DNA of 64,000 bases from Tubulanus polymorphus (GCF_964204645.1 NC_134027.1:9642485-9706484); one strand, 5' to 3'; counted from the first letter of the stretch, positions 43,401 to 58,139 are shown. The notes: generated by a model from the sequence alone, not told the origin. Numbers and translations: made by a program.

Positions 43401-46400
43401 TTCGAGTACACGTTTTCTGTTCTGTTTTCCGCCGTGCTAGCTGCTTAAATTCAGTCGCAGCAGTAACTACGCTGACTTTTAAGAATAAAGAGAATCCGAT
43501 ACAATCGCGCGTTGGGTCACAGGTGACGCGACTTGACAGGATAAGGTCATCGCTTCATTAATTTTTCCTTCACTTTTCTCCTACCCCGTCATTATCATCT
43601 CATTGGCTCTCTACAATCAACTATATCTTACATGTATTTATCTGATCAAATATTCATTCGTATCACGTATACACTCGTCACAGTTATAATGAACAAAATT
43701 ATGTATCATATACAAATCGATATGGCTCGATTCAGTTCAGTTGCATTTAGTTATTCAGTCATATCCGCAGTCGTTTATAATTCCGGTTTACAAGTAATAG
43801 ACCCGCCGTCGGGCAATAGCTAATGAGTAAACTAACAATCATCAATATTTCAAACCCGACAACTAAGTACAGCCAAAAGAAACAAAGACACATTAAGCCG
43901 TAAATATATCATTTTACCCGATTTTACAAAGCAAATTATGATTGGACGCTAACGACGAGTTTTCTCATTTCGATGACTTCAAAAAACTAATCCTGATTAG
44001 CTTTGTAAAAAAAGTGTCGTGGAATTGATGATGTTTTACCTATTTCGAAATTGTCCCGGTGGAAAAGAATCCCATCGGCAAACTTGTGCTTTTAAAACGT
44101 GTTTCGAACGCACAATGGATCAATTGCTTTTTCGTCGATTTCAGGCGCTGAAACACCGACGCGATGTAAATAACGCGTTTCGAGTTTGGTCGAGCGTGAA
44201 CGCGCCGTCACGAAAAAACAATTGGCATAGAAAACCAAACCATATGGCAATCGGAAATAACATTTACAACGCTCCATTTTGCTAACAAAGCTCCAATCTT
44301 TCCGCGCGCAGTCACGGTCACCTCGGCAACCAGGAAAATTCATTATTTTTAGCAATTACACGATTTATCTGTAGCAATTCGCGATTTAGTGACCCAGAAA
44401 AACAATGCGACACATCTGTCGTAGGGATTGCCGAAGACGATTTTTTTGTCTTTGTATTTTTACTCCAGGTATCTATTAGTGGCCCGGTGTGAAATGTTTT
44501 AATTCCGTTTTCAACATTGGCGCCAGCCCCAGACCTGCCCGGTCGTTTATAGCTGTAATACGTGTGTCGGTCATAGTATTTCAACGCTATATCAGTATGT
44601 ACGAAGATGGAACGTGACCAAACTAATTAAGTCGGCTATATTCATTATCTTTTTTATTGGTGCACTTTTAGAATGTCATGTATCAATATCAAGTGATTTC
44701 TTTTGGCTTTTTGTGATGCGCCATTCATTTAAAAAATCGGTTCTGTACCCCCGGGAAATGTCCTAATATCAAAATGATTGTACGTCAAAGAGTTTCAAGT
44801 TGACAGTAATCGTCTGGTGTTTGTCCATCTTCGGCGTCTAACGCGTCTTCGTCGTTTACCTGTTGGTGCTTGGCGTAATTTGTCTGTTGCCAGTTCAAAT
44901 AAACTGTCACAAAATCCGGTCATTTATCGCTCATAAATTGCCCAAACACGCGCCCAAATCGCTCGTAAAACGACTTCAACACGCGTCCATATACAATCTT
45001 CACCGGAGTACCAATTTCCTTGTTACAGATACCCCATAATTAGTACAGTCGTTCGGCGTGGAAAAAAAGAATTAATTGCGAAAAAGCACTTTTTGCTCAT
45101 TTTTATATTCTGGCCCGAGGCCGACAAACGAACATTGTCGGCGTTCTCCTCCCATCGGAGTGCTTGACAAAAGCGGGCAATTCACGCACTTCCATTTACA
45201 GATTGTGTGGCGCAAATTAAAAGATGAATCAATCAAAAGAAAACCTCCGGATACGAAAATATAAATTTGACAAACGAGCCACTGCGCATGCAGTTTCCAT
45301 ATGGCGTGCTGATATTCGAAACACACCTAATTTCGGCGAAATTACGATTTTACAATTACCTTTAGTAGCTTGCCAAACATATGGAATGGAACACTCTTGA
45401 TTGCTACAAATCAGCGACGTGGCCTCTCTTGTGGGCTATTAATACCTACAGCGAATAGCCATCTAATGGAAGCGAGGCCTACCATTAATTTCGCTGCCCT
45501 TCGCACTTAGTACTTGGAATCAAGATAACATTTCGTTGATTACTATTTTTATCACGTTTTGATCATTTATTGAACATTGTTCCGATAAACAAAGGTAATT
45601 CTACGTAAAAAGTAAAATTAATCGTCGAATGAAGGCTTTGGACACGCACTCCTAGTAATCATTGTAAAATAGAAATATGCCTACGCAACTTATCTTAGTT
45701 TTCCTAGGGACACTAGGGTGTATTATCAGGCCTAATCGGGGTAAGCAACTTTGGGTGAGTGAGAATAAAGAAGGCGGTTATTTGACCAAGAGATATCGTT
45801 GAAACAAAAAAATTGTTATTGAACTTTGTTACATCATCTGCCAAGATGTCACTAAAGGATGGCTACGATGGCGTTAGATTAGAATCGATTTCTGACGAAA
45901 GATATCTTTGTGGCCAAAATTGACCGGAGTGATAGGAGAATAGCTTCGCCTTGATTAGATCACCAAATCCATACAAAAAGGACGCGTGGAAAGCCGATAT
46001 CGTGATTAAAGATGACGGCAACATACTGCCGGATAGAACGATCGACAGGAGCCCATGGTCTTCCATACAACACAAGCTGAGCGTGCGAGACACAGAAAGA
46101 ACAAAAAAAACGAAAAAAAAACTATTCCAGTCACATAAAGGGCGCGATTCATATCTGGCAAAAATCTTATTTTGCCGATCAATGAGACAGGGAAGCATCT
46201 TCAGTAATGTCATCGGCGTTTTTAAGCTGTAGTCCTTTCAAAATGCGTAAAACCGGATATTGTAGAAAGCCAGTCGTTTAAACTGGTCGACTGGAAACGG
46301 TTACGTCGCCTAATTTGTTTTCAGTTGCCAACGACACGTTCAATATGTAATTCTGTAGGGAGGGTTATCACTTTAGCGTATACGGTATGTGAATAAGCCA

Positions 46401-49374
46401 CGACTGCCCAAATTGTGAAGGTGTCGTATTGCTGGCATTCGCTAACATCACGAAAATAGATTCCATCGGTGACCAGATTACGCAGTATCTTTAGCTAATT
46501 TGCCGTAGCGATTACTTCGTTCAGCTCAAAAAAAACATATTGTGCTCGTCCGTCGTATACGGTATTTAGGTAATTCGAGATCGACGTAACCGAGAACGGG
46601 TAATTACGTAGACGGGAAGGTTTTTCGTTATCCAAATTGTCAGAGGCCGAGGTTAATTATCGGAGGGAAAACGAGTTGGTTTACCGGCAAAATGAGGCGG
46701 TGATTCTGTTTCATCCGCTGTTCAAGGTGTAGAAATAAAGACGAAATGACAATGTATACTTTGTACAAAACGCGCACATTCAACGAAACGATTGTTTAAT
46801 CGTGGACTATAAAACGATTCGTTTTAGAGTCTATGGTTTAACCTGGAAGAATGTTTCCACGAGGATGATGTTATGATCTTATTTCTCACGGAGTCATCCA
46901 GCCAAAAGAGGGATCGTTTCGAATTCCGTGATTTAGATATTCTCGGAACTAAAGTGGAGGCTTCGTTCGATTGAAATAATTGAGGGGTAGGGGTGGAAAG
47001 TTGCGTACTACCTAACGTACGTACATACAATTCTAAATGCGAATTTATTAAGGCATGTTAAATCCCAATTTATAACAAGGACAAGTATTACGTACGTAAT
47101 TATTTAATAACACGGTTCTCATTTCATGCAACACTCTTCAATTAGTAATAGTCTATCGCCCCGATAATGACTTCGCTTGTCATACGCATTATTAAGCAAC
47201 CTCTCAATCAATTAAAAAACGGCTTATTTCCGATAACAAAGATGCTTTTCATTCAAATTCGAAGAATAAAAATGTTTTATCTGCGAACACTTTAAAATTG
47301 GAAATCGCCTCCTATGTTATGGACCCAGCGACGGCTTCAAGCACCGTTTGACACTTTCGCGCAACTTGTTGGCCGGTGAAGCCCTCGAAATATGACAGCA
47401 CATTGTTTGTTCATTGAATTTCCAAATATTGTTATACATATCTCGCGTTTGGTCTTGTTTCGCGCCTGCAAATCCTTCAGGTCGGTTCTAATTACGGCGT
47501 ACCCGTTGCTGTAAGTGCGAATAATGTATAATATTTCGTTTTCGTGAGGCGACTAACTGTATCACGAAGAGGTCTACTAGTCATCGACGACAAAATCCAA
47601 GTAGTTTCAAGAGAGATGCTCGATGATGGTTTTTGTATATCATTGCTTTCTCAAGTTGATTGTGAATAGAAGAATATAGGTATTTACATCGTGAAATGCG
47701 TATTTCAGACACGTCGTTTTTTTGAACACAATATCAAGTTAAAAGTCACCGTTTACTTACGCTCTACCGATTGCTATCGAACCGATGCATTCTGAATTAC
47801 TTTTATTCATCTTTCTCTTGTATACAGTTACTTCGCGATGACAAATCACTCTTGTAACCTTTTTTGCTATTTTTTATCAAATTTCTTTTGTGTGGAGACA
47901 ATGGAATTGAAAATTCGTAATTGTCGCTTGAAAATTCGTAATTGTCGCTAATACATAAAGAACATATGCGCGCAATGAAATATTCATATATAGCTGGAAT
48001 GAATATGTCGGATGTGTATCTAGACGAAAGACTGCATGATTTCTGACATGAATTCCAATATGATAAAATCACTGAGTTTGCTATTATCTGAAATATACCT
48101 TTAATGCATTGGTCGCACTATTACGTGCCGCCTAGCTAAGATTTTTTTTAATTTTGGCATTTCCAGTGGCGTAACCCAACCTCCGACATTTCTCCAACAT
48201 CAAATAATCAACCTACATGTAATTAAGATATTTGTACCCTACAATCTTAGAAATAAATTCAGCTTCTCTAAATGACATTAGTAACATATTTGATAACTAT
48301 AAACTTCTGAATCATTTCCAGGTTAACTAAACTTCTGGTAGATAGGGCTGTACTAATTAAAAAGTATTACAGCCCTATCTTCCGTAGCTATATTGATATT
48401 GTATGGGCCAACAATTTTGACGCCGCTTCCAAATCATCTAAACTTCCAAAAAAGAGTTACAAGCATCATTAACATAAGTTACTTAGTAGAGACGCAAGCT
48501 CAATATTCAAATCCGCTCAAACTTCATGCTATAAGCAACCTTCTTGTTGGGCAGTTTGTGTATTGCCATTTATACAACCACCTTCGATCTTTTCGAGCTA
48601 AACTTATCAATACACACTCGTCATACCAGCGCAAGAACTTATTTTCTTTTTATTCATTTCAATTCGAAATGTAAAAAAGAATTCATGTATAGTGTAAAGG
48701 GTCCTAAACTTTGAAATAAAAATAGTCGGACAATATAAAACAGCAAAAGCTTGAATATTCTTAAAACGCCATTCTATCTTCACTTATTGATAACGATCAT
48801 CTTTTTTGTCGATTCAACGTGAGCTGCTTTTCAACACTTCAACACGGCGCATTTCTCACGAGTCTAAGTACTCGTCGTTCTCAAAAATCGAGTTGTACGG
48901 AAGTTTTCTCTTGACCATTCCTTTCAGGATTTCAGTTTGGCACAAGCCTTGTATAGTTTTAAAACCCCCAGCTTTATGTTACAAAATTACGTATCTATTG
49001 TCTTCTGAAATAAACACTATTCAATCTAGTTGGTCTTTTGCTCAAATGTTTATCAAATCGATCCAAGCCGGTATTTTGTTCAGTCAGTCCATCAATCAGC
49101 AAGAAAACTATAAATCAGCAAGAAAACTACCTTGAAAGTTTATTAATGCCTTAACACCTATACTGTGTATATATATATATATATATTGCTTGATATTGTC
49201 GAAAATAAATGATATACTATAAATTCTTCAATGTCAAGGATCAATAGATCTATTAAGTTATTTTGGAGTTGAATATATAGATATTTGAATTGAATTGGGC
49301 GGTAACCAGTCTATCCCCGATATAGCAATGATGTAGTGCACGGAGTGCACATCCTTTCGAAGATAATAATTGAA

Positions 49375-49531
49375 ATCTATCAAAAATAAAGACTTATGAA
49401 ATATATTCAATCACAAGATAAACGCCAAAACTCACAGTTTTTAAATTGTTATTTTGGAACGCCAATATTCATAAAGTAGTGCACATCGACTCACACAGAA
49501 CCGGCCTTAAATAAATAACGCGCATACTAGA
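49375..49531. repeat. Dispersed repeat, inverted homolog of 34328-34470
   Basis: Contains gtagtgcacatcgactcacacagaaccg, the reverse complement of the 34.35-kb core. Confidence 0.8.
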
Positions 49532-50355
49532 TATCAATCACAAGGGCTCGCATCTGAAGTTTTTGGATGAATATTCTAAGGGTGATCTAAGCTACTATTT
49601 ACCACAAATTCCAAATACGAGCCCCTGTGCTGTGGTATCAATGGCGTCAAAAAGCGATTCTTTTGCCACAACTGTATCATAATCCGTAAGAAAACAATCG
49701 TCGGCTGGCGTTGTTTCTCTGTATTAACGACGTCTATATGTATTTATACATATATATTTATCGATCTACGTCGTATAATTTTCATTTTCATAAATCATTT
49801 TCAGTTTATTGGAAATATACACCATACATAATTATTCATTCGAGAGGCATTCGTCGGGATGTGGCGCTATTAAAATGATTTTCTCGAGTTGTGTTATTCG
49901 ACATATGCGTCCTCTCCACCACCCTTGAAGCCGCTGTAACACGCGCACCGACCGCGTCCTCATTAAGATATTGCCGAGTATTCTTATCATGGGTTGGTAA
50001 ATGTTGGCAAATTGCTACTACTGTTGCTTCGGCTTCGGCGATAAATCGCCCGACTTCATCTTAAAACGTCCACAGCTTCTATTATTTTACGTCGAACATT
50101 CGTGAAAACCGGCTCTTATGCACGAGTACGTGTATATTGCGGTCTGGTGAGTGATTTGTGACGCAAAATCACTTTTGAATTAAAGAATAATAATTATCCA
50201 GATTTGTAACATGAGAAATATAGGTACTTGTCGCAGAAATGACAGGCACTTTCCCACTCGTCATCTTCAGGCTAGTATGAACAAACGACCACCAGATGTT
50301 GAGGTACATATGGTTCTTCATTATGAAATTGAGAGACAGAAATTAAGTAATAACA

Positions 50356-50621
50356 CGGGCAAATCTAGGAACATTTGAAGGCCGGGGTCCAGAAGAAAGT
50401 AAAAGGTATTTCTCGGATAAACAAGTCATGTCACAGACTACTAGCTGTGTCGCGGGTCCCACGCTCGATGTTCTTAACGAAATACATCCTATAGGATAAG
50501 AATTCCGAAAGGATGAGTGTCAAATTTGCAGGTTCAAACTACTTCTGTCTTGATGAAAAGGACAACCTCTTTGGAAAGGCCGGGGTCCGGACCCCGAGAC
50601 CACCCCCTAAATCCGCTTCTG
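50356..50621. mobile_element. Probable decayed non-autonomous TIR element
   Basis: cgggcaaatctagg...gaaggccggggtcc at the left; gaaaggccggggtccggacccc...cccccctaaatccgcttctg at the right. A similar terminus cagtggtggatttagaggg is at 51299. Confidence 0.45.
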
Positions 50622-51320
50622 AATAAGATTCTTCATATTGTTTTACACTACCATGTATATATTGTAAGACACGTGATTTTTTCTATAGTGTCAATGGCCT
50701 TGATCGGAATTTAGCCCAAGATTGAACACGCCGAGTAATACGTATAGCGGTATGACGCACATTACTGGAAAACATAGCAGCTTAATCCACTTAGGCTTTT
50801 CAATACATATTTCCGTGCTGCCTTTTCACTCTCGGCGTACATTAACCGCCATCTTGGATTGTTTTAATATCGGTCGTAGACGTCAGCGCATTTCCGGCGC
50901 GCGCAGAAGATTTCGGCGTTATGGCACATTGTTCAGGATGTCGACAGTCGTTAGTCGTTAGTGGTACACCGTTGAACGCGTTTCCGTGTTTCACCTAGCA
51001 ATGGGAGATCAATCCGATGAAGAGATGCTCGAGTCTGGGTAAAAGACGACAGTTTCTCGACGACTTAAAATGCGTTTCCGTTCCCTGAAACGGTGCAATA
51101 TACTTCAAATGATCAATCAAGAAAGCGTTACATTTTCGTGGAAGGAAGTTTCTACCTGCGCCAGATACTTCAGTTAATCTGTCATTACGTCGTCGCTGGG
51201 GCTTGCTATATCAACGAAATGCGTTTCCCGTCAACATCATCAGCAAGTATCAGCATAGTTACCATGTTTTGCAGCTCTTACAGTATAGTATGACCAAGCA
51301 GTGGTGGATTTAGAGGGTGA

Positions 51321-51432
51321 TTCCCGCGCGAGAAAACCAAACTTTTTGAATTCTCGCGCGAGAAAACCCAAATGTTTTGAATTCTCGTGCGAGAAAACCA
51401 AAAGTTTTGAATTCTCGCGCGAGAAAACCAAA
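51321..51432. repeat. ~30-bp minisatellite (3.7 units, ttctcgcgcgagaaaaccaaa..ttttgaa) next to a TIR-like terminus
   Basis: Units start at 51321, 51351, 51382 and 51412; each contains the palindrome TTCTCGCGCGAGAA or a variant. Confidence 0.85.
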
Positions 51433-54400
51433 AAACGGGCCAATGTGAAAATTTTTCTATCGTTGCTTTAGCCGTACAGAAAAACTTTCTAGTATGGCCC
51501 GAATCAGCCAACATACAAGTGATCTCATCTCAGGGCCGAAAAAGAAACCTGACGACATTCTTCCTTCTTTTGCTATGCAAGAGAGAAAGAAATCTGCAAT
51601 AGGTACCATCAACTTCAAAACTTAACGTTTGATTCATGATTTTGTTCAGGAGAAAGTCGATGAACTATTCTACTCAAATATTCAGGTCACAAAATATTGA
51701 GCACCATCTATGCCTTTTCTCTATCAGGATTTTTGTTCTCTAACGCAAGAAAACCTAATGGCAATACCTAAGTTTGCGAGAGAGTGATTTTTGATTCCTC
51801 CATGAACAACGGGGCGAAGTTACGCTTTTAGTGGTAAGTAGTTGTACAATAGTACCGGTGTACACATGCGACAGACGACGACCTGTGATGCAAAAAACAG
51901 AAGTTACAATTAACGCCGGAAACACGGAGAAGAGTTTCTCGTCGACGGCTGTCGGCTCTAACTTCTGCTGCAGGCACAATTTCCGTAACTCCTCCACCGA
52001 CCGGTCTGTACGCGCCATAATCGATACGTAATCATCAAAAATTTACGTCACCTCGTTGTTGTTATTATGTTGCACCTTTGACATCGTGTACGTGCGCGAA
52101 AGTCTTTTTATTTCATTAAGAGTCTGTAAGCGTTGCCGGATGGCCTTGATATTTTTTACATACGATGCCACTACCACTGCTACGTGAGAAATATTTTAGA
52201 CCTATTCATCCGTAAAGATTCGCTAGGTTTTTATGATTTCCGATATCCTGGAAATTTCCATGCTTAATGTACAACCAGTTATAAATTTATGTATTTTGTA
52301 TTTCGATGATCATCAAATAAATTCAATCATACCAAGATATTGGTTTATGTTCAAAATATTTCATATATAAAGTATATATTTAATTGTTTTGGATTCTATA
52401 TGGAGTTCGCTTATCCGTTTGTTAAGTGAAAGTAAGATAGGAAATGGATTTCATTTTCCAGTACATTACAATCGTTGCAAATACGTTTATTGTGTTATGC
52501 CCCAGAGAAAACCCACAATATAGATCTAAAGCAACTGTTCTTTGTTTTTTTTCCTTACATCTTCATCTTCAGAGCTTTTGATAAAACGAAACTTTAGGAG
52601 GCAGGATCTACAATTCAAATACTTTTGGCGGTTAAAAAGTGTTCACGAACAAAATTTCCTTTCATCTCTGAAAAGAAACTACACCGGTATTGTTTGTTCG
52701 CATATCAGTAATTTCGAATTTCCAAGTTTGTATTGCCGATTTAAGCCGATCGAAGTGTCCCTCTTGATTGTCCCAAATGTGAGGAAGGGGACATAATAAG
52801 AAGGGCGCTTGCGAATATTCTACCACGGCGACAAGAAGTCGCACTACGCGCCGCTAGATATGTGGGCGATGGCCTTTAACTTGCGTAAACTTGAGCTTAT
52901 GAGTTGGCGCCCTACCCAAACTGTTCAGAAGCAGGACTACGTTTCGGTATGTACAATGGCCAATCATAACCGATTAATATTCTACGAACGTCCGCGGGTT
53001 GGAGAGTGTACGTCTTCAAAAAAATAATGTTAGAGTAGATCTCATAAAGGCCTGACAGTCCAACGACGAACAACACACGAACACAATATTACACCCGGCT
53101 ATGACGAAAGCCCTTGACACCGCTACATTAGTATTATCCCGTCAGCGACCGAGCGCCTGAGTCGGTATGAAAATCGGGCCGAAGATGAGGAAATGTCGTC
53201 TTCGATTTCAGCTTCAGTCTTATTGTTCGTATGAGGCGTCGGAAACGTGGTGAATATTTGATGATGAATTGTCACCGCGACTGGTGAAGGAGTTTGGATG
53301 ACGTTGTAATAGATACCGCGCTCAATTCATGCGGAGATGCTCATAGTTGCATCCTTTTGTCAGCTTCCGCGGCTTTACCTGTCATTATTCGAGTTTTTCA
53401 GAATCCTTGGGAACGTTTTGCTTTATTGCACTGGCGTTTGTTCGCAGATACCGCGCCGTTAGTCATTGCTTATGTAAATAAGACAATCGCTGCTGTAACT
53501 TGTCTGGGTCGCGCATCTGATCTGAATGAGGTCTTCTGATCACACATGTTAGTATTCAAATTGAACGTCAAAAACACTATAGCAGATATTGCAAACATAA
53601 CCTGTAAAATACTATATCATTTGCTTAGATGCTTTTCAACTGTATTTATAACTTGAGCATTTGTGAGATATACTTCTCGTCATAGGGGATAAATAGCCTC
53701 TTTGCCTCTCAAGTCACACAATGTTTCTTGACCGGGGCATTTTGGTTTTTCTTTTTTGTTTAACGTTTATTTAGGTTTAAGAAAATTGTCGACCGATATT
53801 CATATGTTTATGATAACGATTCAGTGTAATTGCCATTCGCAGATTTTTGGGAAAAGATATAAATGTGTGTTGTAACAATACCTACGACACGTGGGAAGAA
53901 CGCCAGCTTCGGATGTGAAAGTCAACTCTTTAGAGAGGCACCATGCCAAGTGACTTGTTAAACTAAACCCATGACACGAAATCATCCGATTATTTTTCTG
54001 AACGCGATCGATTATGGCCATTGTGTCAGCTTTTGTCAAAACGACTTCCTGCAATCCATATTTTCATATAACTCCCCTGATCGGTATGGTTGTTCCATCG
54101 AACCGCAGAATTTTTCAACCCATCAGGCGCGCATCCTGCGAATTTCGAAGGTAGTGCATCAGCCGGCGAGACCCGAGGACATCACGCAAAGAACGATCGT
54201 GGGATGGGAGATTCGGCGCGACGTGAAAGTACAGTTCATTGTCATGACGCCACGTCCGCTCGGAGCGGTTGAGCAGGTGACAACCGGACGACATCCGGGC
54301 ACATTCCATCGACGAAACGAATCTAAATCTTGAAAACATCGATAAAAACACTTCGCTTGAGATCAATAAGAAATTGATGTTTCCTTCAGATTCGCTCGAA

Positions 54401-56437
54401 CCGATAGCGACCCAGTGTTTCGTCGGTATTGATAGGCAATATATTGCAGTGTTTTTCAAATAACACTTAGTTACCCGCTGTGGCCTATTGGTTTAATGAA
54501 CATAGACTCCTACAGTTACTATATTGTTCTTTTCTTCGTGCTGATAATATTCTTATGAATACGGATACTCTTCCTATATAGCAGGGCATCTTATTATTAT
54601 CAACTTAAACTAGGTTTCCATTCTTATCCAACGTATTAGATCAGCCCCCCGAAGCTCAACATATGGTTGGTTTTAATATTCTGATACATTTCCGCGTGTA
54701 AGAAAATCCAGTGAATGAAAACGAAATATTATATAGTGCGTTCATGTTTGAGAGTCAATTACGACGCGAATAGAACTTTCCGTAGTTTTTTTGCTTGTAC
54801 AAAGAGCAATTCAATTTTATCTTCACCCGACCATCGATCTTCGTATCAAAGACGTCGATCTCGAATTCGCGTGATGGTGCTTTCGCGATCCATAAATCAG
54901 GTGAATTCGTCAACTAACACATCTGTAATGTGTTCTCTAAATCGTATTGAATTCATGTTATATTCGACGAATCTTTTTTTTCAGATTTAGATCATTTACA
55001 GCTCCCGGTCTAAGGTTACACGGCGAAACGCCTTTATCCGCGACGACAAGACAATGTGGCGATTGTCAGCAGTGCGACTACGGCGACGCGCGCCTTGCTG
55101 AATTACGCCGAACTCAAAGAATAAGGAAATGGATATATGTTTATTCAATTATCTACGCGTTCTTTAACGATTGAAGCGGTGAATCCGATATCACCTTATG
55201 TACATCAAAGCTGTGTGAAATCTTACAGAATATAGAGCGTGCGTAACACGAAACAAAGTCCTACATAGATAAAATCGTTTCTCGCAATGATGCCTACGTT
55301 TTTCTTGCTGAATTAAACACTTTAATCAATCGTCGTCGGCTTTGATAACAAGAAAAACCGAATAAATCTTATATTATGTCTTCTTGGATAGGCTGCACTT
55401 CAAAGTTTCCTTAGAGCAGAACTAGTGGGTTTAACTTTTCATACGATGTTATGTTTGCAATGAATCAATTGTTAACCCAGTAAGGCTTGAGTAAGTATTG
55501 AGGGAAATATATCAATTTGCCTAGAGTGAGAATATATAATCATATCGACGAACAAAGCTATTATTGTTAGAAGCTACTTGCGCGTCGAAACTACATCAAA
55601 TGATAAAAATGACAAGTTTGCATGTTGGCGCTGACACGTGCGTTGAAAAATAAGAATCAACGAAACTAGTGAGTGCAAATTCATCGCAGCTGTCTCGAAT
55701 TTCCCTCTTACTTTACACCAGTAGCAAATGCGCCTTATAATCTTCACATCATGCGCGAATTTTTATCTAGCACATACATTTTGAGGATCGAATCTTGAAA
55801 CAGTTGCCTTAATCTCACGACCGTCAAAAACGAAGTAGTAGATTTTTTTTGAAATTCTTATACGAAAGTGCAAATTGCGACATATACATATTCATAATTC
55901 GAGAGAACACAAACTATTTCAATTCTTCTAGATCAGCGAAAATGGAATTGTAAATGTAGTACAATGCGATGAATTTGAAATCAAATACATATATGCTCGA
56001 TAATGTTTACATATACAAGGCAACGAAGCAATTGTTTTCATATAACGAAGCTGATTGAGTCATTGAAGAAAGACATTGTGAACATTATGTATCCGTCGTT
56101 TCATTTTCAACGCTTTGAACATTCTAGAATATTTGAAATACTTTTTAATAGTTTAGTACACGATAAAAAATCACGTACGTAATTAGAGATACCTTATCTA
56201 ACTTACTAATGTTAATTGAAGTCGAGATAATGCACACCATCCGTGTAAGTGAACATATGAGGCAAATCGTATTTTAAAGTTCTTGACGAGTATATTAATG
56301 ATATCCCCACTCTGTGAGAAATAGAAATCGACGCGGTTTCTTTGAAGCAAATTGATTAATAAAAGGTAATTTATTGATATAAACGACGGATGAAACTATA
56401 GTGATACAAATCTCTGGTAATTGAAGCATGGCTACAA

Positions 56438-56529
56438 ATATTTTGAGCAACGTTTCGGCTAAAAACCATTAGCCATCAGTACGCCTGATGATGGCTAATA
56501 GTCTGTAGCCGAAACGTTGCTCGAAATAT
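56438..56529. repeat. ~92-bp hairpin containing a hammerhead-ribozyme-like core (possible Penelope-like element remnant)
   Basis: Arms atattttgagcaacgtttcggcta..ccattagccatca / tgatggctaatag..tagccgaaacgttgctcgaaatat; the right arm reads CTGATGA-T-GGCTA(loop)TAGCC-GAAACGTT. Confidence 0.6.
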
Positions 56530-58026
56530 ATACTCTTTTACTCAAGAACTTTAACATCTCCGGCTAAATTATTGTGCTATTTCCCTCGTATAACTGAGAA
56601 TAGTATATCTCCATTTTGGAAATAGGGGTAAAAATCGTATATGTAAACTCTCGTGCGCTTAAAAAAACCGGCTGTGCCATAGCCCGAGTTGAGTGTTTGC
56701 AAAGAAGGAAAGCATTATCAACGCGGCGCCAAGGAGAGTCTCATGATAGAGATATATTACAATATTAGTCGTGTTAAAATTGTAATTCTGACCACTCAGT
56801 CGGCGTCAGACTAGATCATTTGTGTGAGTGTCGAACAAATTCAAAAATAGCTAAATCCAGCGGTTTGAAAACGTGTTTCGAAAAACAGACATTCGCGTAA
56901 TGCGATGGTGATCACAGTTCATGAAAGGTATCGGATGGCACTTTGGCAAAAACACTAAACAATGTGGTGCGTTCATCAAATATCAAGTTTTGGCAACAGC
57001 TATTAACCGGTTTCTATGTGATATAGTTCGTGAATGGCTCAAACTGTATGGATTACCAGTTGGAGGTAAGTGACACCAGTAGAATTGTGCGTCGTATATG
57101 CCATAGCAAACAATGGACTAAAAACGAATTCGTATCAGAATCCATGGGCAACCCATCATCGCTTCATAACAAAAATCTGCTTCCTGTGTGTATAGGTCTA
57201 TAGGCATTCCGCTGAAAAGTAAGTTTAAAGTTTCGTGGGAGTTTTGAAATATTTCGACCACGGCCCGCAATAGAAAACGGTTTTCTTACTTTCATATTCA
57301 AAGTACAGATACCGAAGTTACAGGCGAAACGTTGGGGGGAGCATTCTACTTAGGGGCCAATGGTCCAAAACGAATTTTGCTCAAAGCCGTGGAACCTTTG
57401 ATTTTACATCAATTAGCTTTTTGCTATTTTCATCGCTCCCGGCAGGTGTGGTGGGTTTTGAAAGGGACACCAAATCAAAAAAGTCAAACGTAATCTACCA
57501 ATTAAATAAATAACAGGTCAATCCCTATCTTAAGATCAAAAGTGTTGCGAGTACACAATCGAACGACATTCTGCGCTCATCACGTGGATTGTATACATTT
57601 TAGAATAAATGACCATTGTTCATTCAATATCATGCTACAGTAAAGTACAGGATCGATGCAGTTTCACGGTTATGCGTTGTCCCTGCAGTTAAATGACCAT
57701 ATGCTGCATTACTGGACAGGGCCAATGCAGTTTCGCGGTTATCTCTCAGTTAAGATGAGTTATTTTTCAAATATATTTAACGATGACTCAAATTATAGCC
57801 AACGACCTTTGTTTGAATCGAGCCCCTTGTTACCGACAATAACAATATTATTTTTTTGTGTCAGATCGCGTAGTGCTATCATTTTTATTTAGAAAATAAT
57901 TTCCGCTTGCAAAATACATTTTCACTGAAGTCCTCCGAAAGATTTTTATCAAACAAAGATGTACATACGGATATAAAATGTTATATCAGTTCATGTTTTT
58001 CACACGGGTTTAAGATAGAAAGATCT

Positions 58027-58139
58027 GGGCCCGGTTTTATAGACTGGTATTAACGTTTACCCAGGGGCTAACTCAATTCATTTTCAATTGAGGAGTTAAA
58101 CCCCGGGTTAAAGGTAATACCAGTCTAAAAAACCGGCTC
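58027..58139. mobile_element. Palindromic MITE family C, copy 2
   Basis: ccggttttatagactggtatt...aataccagtctaaaaaaccgg; homologous to 14226-14332 in the opposite orientation. Confidence 0.85.

Noticed and set aside
51321-51432. 30-bp palindromic repeats as CRISPR repeats, and ORFs 51240-51514 as repeat proteins
   Set aside because: The units are directly tandem with no spacers; the ORFs simply translate the minisatellite.
53960-54330. Several in-frame TGA codons on the minus strand as selenocysteine
   Set aside because: The frame also contains TAA, and I see no SECIS or selenoprotein motif.
55198-55224. miR-2-like sequence on the minus strand
   Set aside because: The seed does not match TATCACAG and no precursor hairpin is evident.
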